A stretch of DNA of 64,000 nt from Octopus vulgaris (taxonomy: Eukaryota). Both the position numbers and the translations under genes were made by a program. The notes beneath the pieces were generated by a model, which did no database searches, was not told the DNA's origin, and saw only the letters and a list, made by a program, of their open reading frames with translations. Location of the stretch: the NCBI GenBank assembly GCA_951406725.2, contig OX597814.1, forward strand, positions 147,746,001 through 147,810,000. Reading direction: 5' to 3'. Positions 1 through 11,292 of the stretch are shown in pieces. Numbering within the stretch: position 1 is the stretch's first letter; every line of letters begins with the position of its first letter.

Positions 1-237
1 AAGAAAGAAAGAGACAAGGAGAACTGTGTCGTTAAGTAGGGAGTAGAAAAACTCTGTTTGGTTCGGTTTCGAGACTGTTGTGCGTTGGGCAAGTGTCTTT
101 CACATTACGTAGCCTCGAGTTAACCAATGCCCTAAGAGTGTGACATTCAGTAGACAAGACGGAAACTACGAAGGCATCATGTGTGTGTGTGTGTGTTTGT
201 ACGTGCCCGAGCGCACATACCCTATACTATGTTACTA

Positions 238-426
238 TTTTACTCTTTTACATGTTTCAGTTATTTCATTGTGGCCATGCTGGAGCAACGCCTTTTGTCG
301 CGCAAATCGACCCCCAGGATTCTATCGGTCTTTTGCTGAACCATTAAGTTACGGGGACGTAAACACACCAGCATCGGTTGTCAAGCGATGTTGGGGGGAC
401 AAACACAGACACACAAACATATACAC

Positions 427-472
<46 letters not shown>

Positions 473-473
473 T

Positions 474-531
<58 letters not shown>

Positions 532-703
532 CATATATACGACGGGCTTCTTTCAGTTTCCCTCTACCAAATCCACTCTCAAGACTTTGGTCGACCCAAA
601 ACTATAGTAGAAGACACTTGCCCAAGGTACCACGCAGTGGGACTGAACCTGGAACCATGTGGTTGGTAAGCAAGCTACTTTCCACACAGCTACTCCTGCG
701 CCT
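238..703 (-). mobile_element. tRNA-derived SINE, family A (bipartite, internal microsatellite)
   Basis: Minus strand reads AGGCGCAGGAGTAGCTGTGTGG (A box) ... GGTTCAGTCCC (B box), CTTGGGCAAGTGTCTT (CORE-like), internal (TA)n(TG)n, then a 3' half ending in a GTAAAAGA repeat tail. Highly similar to copies at 16161, 24787, 54067 and 57345. Confidence 0.9.
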
Positions 704-721
704 AAACACGCGACATAATTC

Positions 722-929
722 TTGCTACTAAAGGCACAAGGCCTGAATTTTTTTTTTTGAGGGGGGAGTAGATTGCATCGACCTCAGTCTTTCACTGGTA
801 CTTAATATAACGCCCCCGAAAGGATAAAATGCAAAGTTGACTTCAGCGGAATTTGAACTCAGAACATAGACGCGGACAAAATGCTGCTGAACAGCCCCGC
901 GTTGTACCGATTCTACTAGCTCACTGCCT
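722..929 (-). mobile_element. tRNA-derived SINE, family B (tail type 2), diverged
   Basis: Minus strand has GAGTTCAAATTCC (B box), a TCCTTTCGGGG...TAAGTACCAG central domain and a CAGGCCTTGTGCCT tail, as in the copy at 40261. Confidence 0.8.
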
Positions 930-1212
930 TCCCACACATAACATAATCAAGTATGTAAATAAAAGAAAGAGGAAGCAGCAGAATTAGTAGAGTGGTTGCA
1001 AACGGCTGCAAGTTACACTCTTTGCTCAAGTGTACTATGGCGTCGAGAAACATGAAATCAAATACCTCTCCAGGTGGCGATCTTCAGTTAGTCACGGCCT
1101 GAACCAATGGTGGCAGAAACCAATCTAAGTTGTGTGTGTTTGTGTGCATTATTGTATCATCTTGGGGAGGGGTGATTTTGCTAATAAAAGGTGCAGAAAC
1201 TAGTTCCATTTC

Positions 1213-1261
<49 letters not shown>

Positions 1262-1474
1262 GTCGTTATTCGTCAACAGGCGTAGCTGTGTAGTAAGAAG
1301 CTTGCTCCCCACCTACTTGATTCAGGGCTCAGTACCACAGCGTGGCACACACATTGGGCAGGTGTCTTCTACTATAGCCTCGGGCCGACCAAATCCTTGT
1401 GAGTGGATTTGGTCGAGAGAAACCGAAAGAAGCCCCGTCGTATGTGTGTGTGTGTGTGTGTATATACATATATA

Positions 1475-1677
1475 AAAAGTTAATCCAAACAAGAAAGCAC
1501 AAAAAACACAACAACACGAGGACGTGGAACAAATATAGTATTATTAGACGCTCGGGAAAGAAGGAAAGAAGGAGGGTTTAACGTTTCGAGCGGAGCTCTT
1601 CGTCGGAAACATAGGAGAAGGAAAGATCTAGAGAAGGGAAGACAGAGGAAGAAATATCGCCAACGGTACACACGTGG

Positions 1678-1680
<3 letters not shown>
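1475..1680 (-). mobile_element. ~200-bp hammerhead-bearing element (Penelope pLTR/retrozyme-like), family H
   Basis: Pyrimidine-rich leader, hammerhead fold, then TTCCCGAGCGTCTAATAATAC. Flanked by (TA)n. Same layout as 25261-25456. Confidence 0.75.
1576..1610 (-). ncRNA. Minimal type-I hammerhead ribozyme motif
   Basis: Minus strand: GTTT-CCGACGA-A-GAGC-tcc-GCTC-GAAA-CG-TT-AAAC. Stem I GUUU/AAAC, stem II GAGC/GCUC, palindromic stem III AACGUU. Core has U4C. Confidence 0.7.
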
Positions 1681-1741
<61 letters not shown>

Positions 1742-2210
1742 CTGTCCTTGTGTATGTCCCCCATTACCGCTTGACAAACGGTGTGGGTGTGTTTATGTCC
1801 CCACAACTTAGCGGTTCGGCAAAAGAGATCAATAGAATAAGTACCAGGTTTTAAAAAATGTCTTGGAGTCGATTTGTTTGACTGAAAGTTGGCATTGCCG
1901 CAATCACATGACTGAAACGAAAAAAAATAATAAAAGAATAACACGCATATGAACTCTACTTTTGAATTCGAAGTGTCAATGTTAAATAGATCAATAACAA
2001 AAGTCTAGTTCATGTGATTACTTCTCTCTCTTACTCTCTCTCTCTATCTGTATCTCTCTCTCTTTCTCTCTCTCTCAGTGCATAGTTGTGAGATGTTATG
2101 ACAGACCTGTAATGAACTGTTAACAACTACTCAAACAGACAATTTGACTATAATGATGACAGCTTGCGAAGGGCCAACTGAGTTTTTGGAGAAACTGAAC
2201 AGAAATCCTC

Positions 2211-2373
2211 AGTGTAGGAGTGGGTGTGTGGTAAGTAGCTTGCTTACCAACCACATAGTTCTGGGTTCATTCCCCACTGCGTGGCAACTTGAGCATGTGT
2301 CTTCTACTATAGCCTCAGGCCGACCAAAGCCTTGTGAGTGGATTCGGTAAACGGAAACTGAAAGAAGCCCATC

Positions 2374-2446
<73 letters not shown>

Positions 2447-2627
2447 TTTGTGTATCTGTGTTTGTCCCCCCAACATCGCTTGACAACCGATGCTGGTGTG
2501 TTTACGTCCCCGTAACTTAACGGTTCGGCAAAAGACACCGATAGAATAAGTCCTGGGGTCGATTTGCTCGAGTAAAGGCGGTGCTCCAGCATGGCCGCAG
2601 TCAAATGACTGAAACAAGTAAAAGAGT
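2211..2627 (+). mobile_element. SINE family A, near full length
   Basis: A box TGGGTGTGTGG, B box GGGTTCATTCC, internal (TA)n(TG)n, tail GAAACAAGTAAAAGAGT. Confidence 0.9.
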
Positions 2628-3064
2628 GTATTGCGGCTTGCCCCAACAGCTCTTCTTAAATGATTTATATCGAACAAAATTATTGGTTAAAAAAACAACA
2701 AAAAAAAAAAACCTTTAACGAGAACGAAGCATCTCACTTTCAGTTTCTTACAATGTAGTAAGACACCAACCCAAGTTTTTGTGCTTTATATATATATAGA
2801 TAGATACAAACGTACACATTACACATATACATATGAGGTGATATCAACAAATGATGGCCAGTGAATCGCTTCGTCAAGCGAAAATACCTGCTGGCATTTT
2901 TTTCAGACGACTAACTTCCCTCGACAGAAAAGTCGAATTATATTTTCTAAATGTGTAAAAGCGCTAAGTACTGAAGTCGATATAATTGAGTAAAAATAGA
3001 TATTGAAATAAATGAATGTTGTGTTCCGACAGCAATGAACTTCATAGTATTTGAGCTACGAATA

Positions 3065-3297
3065 CTTATTTCTTTACTACCCACAAGGGGCTAAACACAG
3101 AGAGGACAAACAAGGACAGACAAACGGATTAAGTCGACTACATCGACCCCAGTGCGTAACTGGTACTTAATTTATCGACCCCGAAAGGATGAAAGGCAAA
3201 GTCGACCTCGGCGGAATTTGAACTCAGAACGTAACGGCAGACGAAATACTGCTACGCATTTCGCCCGGCGTGCTAACGTTTCTGCCAGCTCGCCGCC
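3065..3297 (-). mobile_element. SINE family B (tail type 1), young full-length copy
   Basis: Minus strand: GGCGGCGAGCTGGCAGAAACGTTAG ... GAGTTCAAATTCCGCC ... GCCTTTCATCCTTTCGGGGTCGATAAATTAAGTACCAG, which resembles the Meta-SINE domain. Tail ends CCCCTTGTGGGTAGTAAAGAAAT. Confidence 0.9.
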
Positions 3298-3365
3298 TTC
3301 GTAGCTAAAATACTGGCATCATTAAAACATTGAAGATTTTCACCCCGCAAAAAAGCAGTTCCCGC

Positions 3366-3464
3366 TCTTCTTCTTCTTCTTCTTCTTCTTCTTCTTCTTC
3401 TTCTTCTTCTTCTTCTTCTTCTTCTTCTTCGTCTTCGTCTTCTTCCTTTCCTTCTACTTCTTCT
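3366..3464. repeat. (TCT)n microsatellite
   Basis: Direct observation. Confidence 0.95.
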
Positions 3465-5270
3465 CACACCCTCAGAGAGAAAGAGGATATTAAACCCCTT
3501 CCAAGACATATATTGCATCCGTCCATCTCGTTCGCCATCACTGGATACTTTGGACGGTATTTGAAGTATGCGAGGTGAGATGTATGTATGTATGAATGAA
3601 TGATTATGGAGAGAGAGAAAGAGAGAATTAAAAGAATCGATTCCAGTTTGACTGATAGGTACCTCATTCTATGGCTTCCGGATAGATGAAAAGCAAAGCT
3701 GACCTCGGGGTGATTTGAAGAAAGTGAGAAAGAGAATTGATGTTTCTGTTGCGAGAATCTTGGAAGTAGGTAGTGGATGGAGAAATAGAGAGTTATATAA
3801 AAGAAAGAAACATAGATAGTCAGATGGACAGAGAGAAAGAGAAAATGGACTGGTGTGGTTCGGATGAATAGAAACGGACAAACAGATAGTCAGAAATATG
3901 GAGCCAAAGGGAACTGAGAGAAACAGGAGCGAAATAAGAAATACAGGGCAAGGAGGTTTTAAGTCAATCAGTGATTAAGGTTTTAGTACTTCGAGATGAT
4001 CATTTCTGAATGACGATAATTTCAGGGATTCATAGCAAGTGGGTAGATTGTCACATAGAAATTATTGTTCATCAGTCCTATGTCAGTGTTGTTGAAGCAA
4101 ACATATGATAAAAGGCATTCCAACCGTGACCATCATAATTTTCCAGCGTAAAGAAAACTCAGGAGTACATCACCGAATGTTTTCTTTGTGTATGACTTTG
4201 GGGTGAAACTTGAGGAAAATATGGTAACTTCTTCTTGTAGGCCAAGTAGCCGCTTTGCAGGCTCTCTCGTTGTTCACTCCTGCGTGAACAAATGGGAGAG
4301 GATGAGTAGGGGAACAGTTGTACGGGTGGATGGATCGATAGATACGCAGATAGATGGTTGAATGTTTGAATGGATAGAGAGATGAGTGGATTTTCAGAGA
4401 GATGAAATATCTGCGCGTGTCTATTTAAATGCATGTGTGTGTGTGTGTAGTTGCTTGCTGTAAGAGAGTGCCTATGTTTATTAACTTGAGTAATTGTGTG
4501 TATGGGGGTTGTATATGTGTGCGAGTGTGTTAGTGCACACGTATTATTTCTGATTCTGTCTGGTGTTGGCCTCCAAGTGTGTTTGTGTGCGCGCACGATT
4601 AGATATGATAAAATATAAAATGAAGGAGAAAATGAAGGAAAGAGAAAGGGGGGGAAAAAAGAAAATGAAAGGAAAAAGTACGGAGTACCAATGCGTGTAT
4701 GCACATGTTTTTGTGTCAGTTTGCAAGTGTGTCCGCTGTATGCTTGTAGAGTACTTGTCTGAATGGATGATATAAATATAGAGAGAGAAAGAGAGAGATT
4801 GTGTGCGTGTGTGTGTAAGACAAACATTTTGTGAAGAGAGAAAGAAAGGAAGATAGAAATAAAGAGAGACATACAAAGAAAAAGACGGAATGGAGTGAGC
4901 GTGTGCCGTGAGTATGCGCATGTATGTGGGAATGTTACTGAAGAGAATATTTTAGACCAGTCAATGAACTGGCAAATAGTCAGACAAATTGTGTGCGCGT
5001 GTGCGTGTGGTGTGAGCGAGCGAGATTACAGCCAGAGACAGACGAAGAGGCACAAAGACAGATATATGTGATGGTGGGTATGCATGGCTGTGTGAACGTG
5101 CGTGTGTATGTATGAAAAAGAAAATTGGCAAACCTGCTGCGTGTTACGTAGAATGCTCTGCGAAATTTGAGACTGTTCTATGCGCTCAGGGTTCAGATCC
5201 TGTCGAGGTCAAATTTTCCTTTCATCCCTACGTTAACAATGATTAAAATAGAAGTATTGGGTTCTTAATA

Positions 5271-5599
5271 AAAAAAAAGACTCCGCCGGTTACGACGACG
5301 AGGGTCCCAGCTGATACGATCAACGGAACAGCTTGCTCGTGAAATTAACGTGCAAATGGCTGAGCATTCCACAGACACGTGTACCCTTAACGTAGTTCTC
5401 GGGGATAATCAGCGTGACACAGAGAGTGACAAGGCTGACCCTTTGAAATACAAGTACAACTCATTTTTGCCAGCTGAGTGGACTGGAGCAACGTGAAATA
5501 AAGTGTCTTGCTCAAGGACACAACGCGTCGCCGGGAATCGAACTCACAACCTTACGATCATGAGCCGAATGCCCTAACCACTAAGCCACGCGCCCTCAC
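5271..5599 (-). mobile_element. tRNA-derived SINE, family C, full length with 12-bp TSD
   Basis: A box TGGCTTAGTGG, B box GAGTTCGATTC and CORE-like GTGTCCTTGAGCAAGACACTT. TSD GGGTTCTTAATA at 5259-5270 and 5600-5611. Inserted into a decayed family B copy (~5130-5258). Confidence 0.92.
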
Positions 5600-5697
5600 G
5601 GGTTCTTAATACCCTACCACACACTTCCCATTTCATCTCACCGTTATCTCTTCCCCCCCTCCCTAACACACACACACATTTATATATTTATATATAT

Positions 5698-5856
5698 AGG
5701 CACAGGAGTGGATACGTGGTAAGTATCTTACTTATCATATGGTCCCAGGTCAAGTCCCACTCCAGGGCACCTGGAGCAAGTGTCTTCTAATGTAACACCG
5801 TGCCGATCAAAGACTTTTAAGTGGATTTGGTAGACGGAAGCTGAAAGATGCCCGTC

Positions 5857-5858
<2 letters not shown>
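5698..5858 (+). mobile_element. SINE family A, 5' half only
   Basis: AGGCACAGGAGTGG ... GCAAGTGTCTTCT ... GGATTTGGTAGACGGAAGCTGAAAGATGCCCGTCG, then (TA)n. Confidence 0.8.
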
Positions 5859-5912
<54 letters not shown>

Positions 5913-6135
5913 GTGCAATGATATTTATATTTTATATATATATATATATATGTGTGTGCGATGATATTTATATCTATATATATATATATATATATATATA
6001 TGTGCAATGATATTTATATTTATATCTATAGATATAAATATATATAGATATCGATATACATAGATAGTAATATATATATATATGGATATAGATAGATATG
6101 GATATAGATATACATAGATATAGATAGATATAGAT

Positions 6136-6187
<52 letters not shown>

Positions 6188-6300
6188 ATTTAGGAATGGT
6201 CATTTTGCCAGTTTAGCCAATAAAAACACACGCACTATATATTTGGTGTTACTTTGCTTCAGTGTTATTTATTTTTACATTAATCTTAATCTTATTTCAG

Positions 6301-6343
6301 CCAGAGTTCTTTCGTCACATTCCTGTGACCGCATCAGTGGTCC
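6301..6343 (-). ncRNA. Hammerhead variant, left arm of palindrome
   Basis: CCA-CTGATGC-G-GTCACA-ggaa-TGTGAC-GAAA-GAAC-TC-TGG. Stem II is capped by a GNRA loop. Confidence 0.55.
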
Positions 6344-6394
6344 TTTGTTTTCTTCTTACTTATTTGAGACACAAATAAGTAAGAAGAAAACAAA

Positions 6395-6437
6395 GGACCA
6401 CTGATGCGGTCACAGGAGTGTGACGAAAGAACTCTGG
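6395..6437 (+). ncRNA. Hammerhead variant, right arm of palindrome
   Basis: CCA-CTGATGC-G-GTCACA-ggag-TGTGAC-GAAA-GAAC-TC-TGG. Stem I is CCA/UGG; core has A9C. Confidence 0.55.
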
Positions 6438-6549
6438 CTGAAATAAGATAAAGATTAATGTAAAAAATAAATAATACTGAAGCAAAGTAACACCAAATAT
6501 ATAGTGCGTGTGTTTTTATTGGCTAAACTGACAAAATGACCATTCCTAA

Positions 6550-6756
6550 GAAAAGCATTTGACATACACACCAGAATGTGAGTTTTCTGTAAATTTTGCT
6601 TAATTGGAGTTTAAATTTTAAAAACTGGACCTGGCATGACCCGATGCATTCTACTCTTAAAAATGCTAGGTAAATTGTAATTGAAGAAATCCTATATTGT
6701 AGATTTCTATAACTGACAAAGGGAGGCAGATAAAATCTGCCTTTTATAATAAGAGA
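6550..6756 (-). mobile_element. Possible non-autonomous Helitron 5' end
   Basis: Minus strand begins A|TCTCTTATTATAAAAGGCAG directly after a TA-rich tract, resembling the TC-initiated 5' termini of Helitrons. Small hairpin AGGCAGAT-aaa-ATCTGCCT. No CTRR 3' end found. Confidence 0.4.
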
Positions 6757-6890
6757 TGTATATATATATGTATATACATACATATATATATACATATATA
6801 CATACATATATACATATACATATATATACATATACATATATACATATATATATATACATACATATATATTTATACATATATATACATATC

Positions 6891-7021
6891 TCTTTTACTC
6901 TTTTACTATTTTATTTGATTCAGTCATTTGACTGCGGCCATGCTGGAGCACCGCCTTTTTTTGTCGAGCAAATCAGCATCGGTTGTCATGCAATGCTAGG
7001 GGGACAAACACAGACACATAA

Positions 7022-7089
<68 letters not shown>

Positions 7090-7252
7090 GACAGACTTCT
7101 TTCAGTTTCCGTCTACCAAATCCACTCACAAGGCATTGGTCGGCCCGGGGCTATAACAGAAGACACTTGCCCAAGATGCCACGCAGTGGGACTGAACCCG
7201 GAACGATGTGGTTGGTTAGCAAGCTACTTACAACACAGCCACTCCTGTGCCT
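6891..7252 (-). mobile_element. SINE family A, internal deletion in 3' half
   Basis: Matches family A head and tail; lacks the segment between GAGCAAATC and AGCATCGGTT. Confidence 0.88.
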
Positions 7253-7389
7253 ATATATATGCATTTATATATATATTTATATTTACATATATATGCATAT
7301 ATATATACATAGACATATATATATATATGTGATTATATATTCATACATACACACACACATATATTTATATATATACATACATATATATA

Positions 7390-7426
<37 letters not shown>

Positions 7427-7747
7427 TATACGTGTGCGTATACATAATTGGCATACATGTCTCTATTAAAACCTCTGTTGCGCTCCTGTTTTTATCACTT
7501 TCCGGTAACCTGTTTTCCCTAAATAGAGATCATAAAAAAAATTAACAGGCTGCAATAAACACTTTTCTATCTATCAAAAGTCTCGATACTGGGAGGCCCA
7601 GCATGGCCGAAGTTCAATGATTTAATTCAGTAATACGGAACAAGTCTGATACGTAAATGGAAAGAGGGTTTTGTGACACAATGTGAGTGAAGGAAATTGT
7701 CAGAGGCAATGAGTGAGTGAGATTGTGAGAGAGAGAAAGTTCGTTGC

Positions 7748-7785
<38 letters not shown>

Positions 7786-8067
7786 ATTTTTGCGAGTAAT
7801 AATGAGAGTAAAGAAAAAGCGTAATTGAGAGAAGAATATGCAAAATGTGAGGGACATAGTTAGTTAGGGAGTGGATCGGCGCATTTATGAACGCATTTAA
7901 AACAGGTGGAGATAGAGAGAGAGAAGAAAACATAATAGCTATAAGGAAAGTATGCAGCAGGAGAAAGAGAAAGCGGGTGCTTTGTGTATGTGTGTGTGTG
8001 TGTTCCGGATAGGAGAAGGACAAAGGACTGTATGTGTGAGAGAGATACATACGTTCATACATACCCG

Positions 8068-8479
8068 TTTCTTTATTACCCACAAGGGGCCAAACATAGA
8101 GGGGACAAACAAGGACAGACAAACGGATTAAGTCGATTACATCGACCCCAGTGCGTAACAGGTACTTATTTAATCGACCCCGAAAGGATGAAAGGCAAAG
8201 TCGATCCCGGCGGAATTTGAACTCAGAACGTAGCTGCAGACGAAATACCTATTTCTTTATTACCCACAAGGGGCTAAACACAGAGGGGACAAACAAGGAC
8301 AGACAAACGGATTAAGTCGATTACATCGACCCCAGCGCGTAACTGGTACTTAATTTATCGACCCCGAAAGGATGAAAGGCATAGTCGACCTCGGCGGAAT
8401 TTGAACTCACAACGTAACGCAGACGAAATACCGCTAAGCATTTCGGCCGGCGTGCTAACGTTTCTGCCAGCTCGCCGCC
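8068..8479 (-). mobile_element. SINE family B tandem dimer
   Basis: Two B units joined at ~8249 (CGAAATACC|TATTTCTTT). Flanking TCATACATACC at 8055-8065 and 8488-8498. Confidence 0.9.
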
Positions 8480-9305
8480 TTATACACTCATACATACCTT
8501 TGGGTTGTGGTGTGTGTCTGTGTGTGTAGAATGCATTTACTTCGCTGAAATTGTTTGACTCGAAGTTTTATTACTTTTCTATATAGAACGCAATTCAAAA
8601 TACAAGTGTTGAGATTTACTTGTATTGTGATCAGTTCAGTCCTTGGTTGGGTCCTGATACACCCCAGAAAGTCCAGTGGTCGAAACAGTGGTTGGCAAAC
8701 TTATATACAAGGATGTAATGAAGAAGAGTTAAAGTAAAGCGAGATATAACGAAGACTGAGTGAAGCGCACACACACACAGTGACTTAGGAGAGAGAGAAA
8801 TGTATTGAGAGAAAGCGTGTTGGAAGGAGATGAGATAAAGTAACATAACAGAGAGTAAAGAATAAGGTTACAGAAACCGAGAGGAAGACAGGCAGATACT
8901 AAGTGTTAGGTAATGGAATGAAGGATAGTTTGAAGCGAGAGACTCTGGAAGTGAAAGAAGAGAGAAATTAAGCGAGATATTGAACGAGAGAGATATCAAA
9001 GATGCAGTGGAGGAATAAGAGAAAGAAAATGAGGGAGACAGACGTTGAATGTTTGAGTGAAAGGAAGAAAGTGAGTAGCGGTGAGAGGAAGATATTAATA
9101 AGAGAGAGGGTAATGAGGGTGCGGTGGGGGAGAAAGAAGTTTATACTAAATGCGCGAGACAGAGAATAAGGGGCAGAAAGTAGAGGAGAGAGATTGAGTG
9201 TGAGTGGTTGATGGAGTGTAGGTGGAATTGAGTGAAGATAATGTTAGGGCCGTCTTCATAGTATGAATCCCTTACCTCCCGTCGCTAAGTAATACATACC
9301 CCCCC

Positions 9306-9351
9306 CAATGCTAATCTATGTTGATTTATCTATCAACATAGATTAGCATTG
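9306..9351. repeat. Perfect 20-bp inverted repeat, 6-nt loop
   Basis: CAATGCTAATCTATGTTGAT-ttatct-ATCAACATAGATTAGCATTG. Confidence 0.95.
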
Positions 9352-10701
9352 AGCCTTAGTGATTATCTGTCCTATGTTGATACATGATCGATCGATAGAT
9401 AAATAAATGTACTTACGTTGGGTCAGCAGACGTATACCCAAGTGTGCCTTTTAGATTGCACGAGTAAGTGAGGAAAAAAAGAGAGAAAGATATTAAATGA
9501 GAGTTTTGGCTGTTATTTCTAGTAAGACAAGACACTAGGTAAGTATCTTTCTAACACGTATACAAGGCGATACATTTTAAGGGCGAGCTTATTCAGATAA
9601 TAGAGATCTCAAATAATTGAATAATAATTATATTATCGACCCGAGCCCTTAGATATGATAGACTAAGTTGACTTGGGTAGGATTTGAACTTGTACTACCA
9701 TGAAGTGATGTAAATGATTTAGCAAGTAGCTGTGTTTACAACTCAGTTTTACCGATGTACCTCAAAATTGTGTTTATTGATTATTTTGTGGCATAGGCAC
9801 AAGGTCAGTTATTCAGATAAACTATTGATCTCGATGGAAGTGCGAGTGAGGGGAAGAAGAAATATGGAGTGATAGATAGGTAGGTAGAATAGATGGCCAC
9901 ATCAATGGATGAAAGATAGACAGACGAAGATATATATATATATATAGAATCACTTAGATATGTGGTTGGATAGGAAGATAGATAGATGAATGGAAACAGG
10001 AAAAGAGAAATTGAAAAGAAAGAATGATACTGGAAAATTAAAGCAATAATGGAGAGAGATTGGACATGGAATGAGAGGAAAATGGGGAAGGAAAGAAACG
10101 TTAATAGAAATGTTAAATAAAAAAAACCAAAAAAAACAACAACACAGTAAAAATAAATAAATGGTACAAGAAGAGAATGTTAATGACCGTAGTGTGATAG
10201 TAACTATAGGAATGAAGGTAAATGTGATGGCGGCAGTGGTGATTGAGGAAATGTTTGGCAGTGGTGGTGGGAGTACTTGTGCTGGTGATGGTAGTGGTGA
10301 TACCAACGGTGGAAATTTTGTTATCGTAGCCATGGGGTGGTTAGTGGTTTTGATGAAAGGTTTAGCAGTATAGATCTTGATGGAGCTGGTAAAAGTATAA
10401 TGATGAGTGGGGCGTGTTAATAGTATAGGTTATAGTGATGTTGCCTGAGGTACTTTTCATAGGAGCTGCGTTGATGGTAGAGTTTGAGATAGTAGATGTG
10501 ATAGGGGTGGTAGTGTCAGTGGTGGTTTTATTGTTGGTGGTAATCGTAGAGGCAGTAACGATGGTACAGCCAATGCTGATGGCCTTGTTTATTAATGGTA
10601 TTGGTGGTAATAGTGATGGTAAAGTTCATAGTGAATGGTATAATAAACCGTAGTAAAATACTTGATGGTCTAATGAAAAGCTTAAAACGAAGGCACCATA
10701 T

Positions 10702-10913
10702 CTTTTCTGCTATTGTCACAAGGTCTGATGTTTTAAGCAAGGAAGCGATTCGATTACTTTGACTCCAGTGGGCAACTGGTACTTATTTCACCAAACTCGA
10801 AGAGATAAAAGTCAAAGTCGACCTCGACGGAATCCTAAGTCAGAACGTAAATACGGACGAAATGCTGCTAAGCATTTTCCCGGCATGCTAACGATTTTTT
10901 CCATTCATCACCT
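10702..10913 (-). mobile_element. SINE family B (tail 2), diverged
   Basis: AACTGGTACTTATTT ... AAAGTCGACCTCGACGGAAT ... TGCTAACGAT. Confidence 0.8.
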
Positions 10914-10947
10914 TAAATGAAGGCAACGAGACAGAACAGATTAAAGT

Positions 10948-11292
10948 AGGCGCAGGAATGGTTGTGTGGTCACGAAGTTCTCATTGCAAACACGTGGTTT
11001 TGGGTTCAGTTCCACTACACAGCATGTTACGTTGGGCAAGTATATTCTACTGTAGCCAAGACCAGATTAATACCTTGGAAAAGAATTTTTAAAAATAGGA
11101 ACTGTGTTTGAAAGCCTGTCGTGTGTGTGTGCTGGTTTCTTTATTCCCTCGTTATAGCTGTCCGGCAATAGAAACTGATAGAATAAGTACCAAACTTTAA
11201 AAAAAAAAAATGTTGGTATCGATTTATTCTCCTGAAACCCTTAAGGGCGGCGCCCCAATTTGGTAGCAGCTCACGGACTGAAACAAGTAAAA
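10948..11292 (+). mobile_element. SINE family A, diverged
   Basis: AGGCGCAGGAATGG ... GGGTTCAGTTCC ... TTGGGCAAG ... GATAGAATAAGTACC ... GACTGAAACAAGTAAAA. Confidence 0.8.

Larger units (their letters stand above)
1278..1940 (+). mobile_element. SINE family A with a nested hammerhead element in its internal microsatellite
   Basis: 5' half at 1278-1440 and 3' half at 1740-1940 match family A. The segment 1475-1680 is foreign. Confidence 0.85.
6190..6549. repeat. ~360-bp palindrome: inverted duplication of a Penelope pLTR-like segment
   Basis: Arms 6190-6366 and 6372-6549 with a 5-nt spacer AGACA. About four substitutions and one indel between arms. Confidence 0.95.

Noticed and set aside
140-731. 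Recurring peptides such as RRHLPKVPRSGTEPGTMWLVSKLLTTQP and FYRSFAEPLSYGDVNTP
   Set aside because: Chance translations of SINE family A; they recur because the SINE recurs.
4159-4921. 237-aa minus-strand ORF
   Set aside because: Composed of GA/GT low-complexity sequence with no domain-like content.
5520-5599. tRNA gene candidates at SINE heads (also ~61035-61110)
   Set aside because: A/B boxes are present, but they continue into SINE bodies bounded by TSDs and no convincing acceptor stem is visible.
9950-10660. Hydrophobic 70-127 aa ORFs resembling membrane proteins
   Set aside because: Decayed GGT/GTA/GAT low-complexity sequence.
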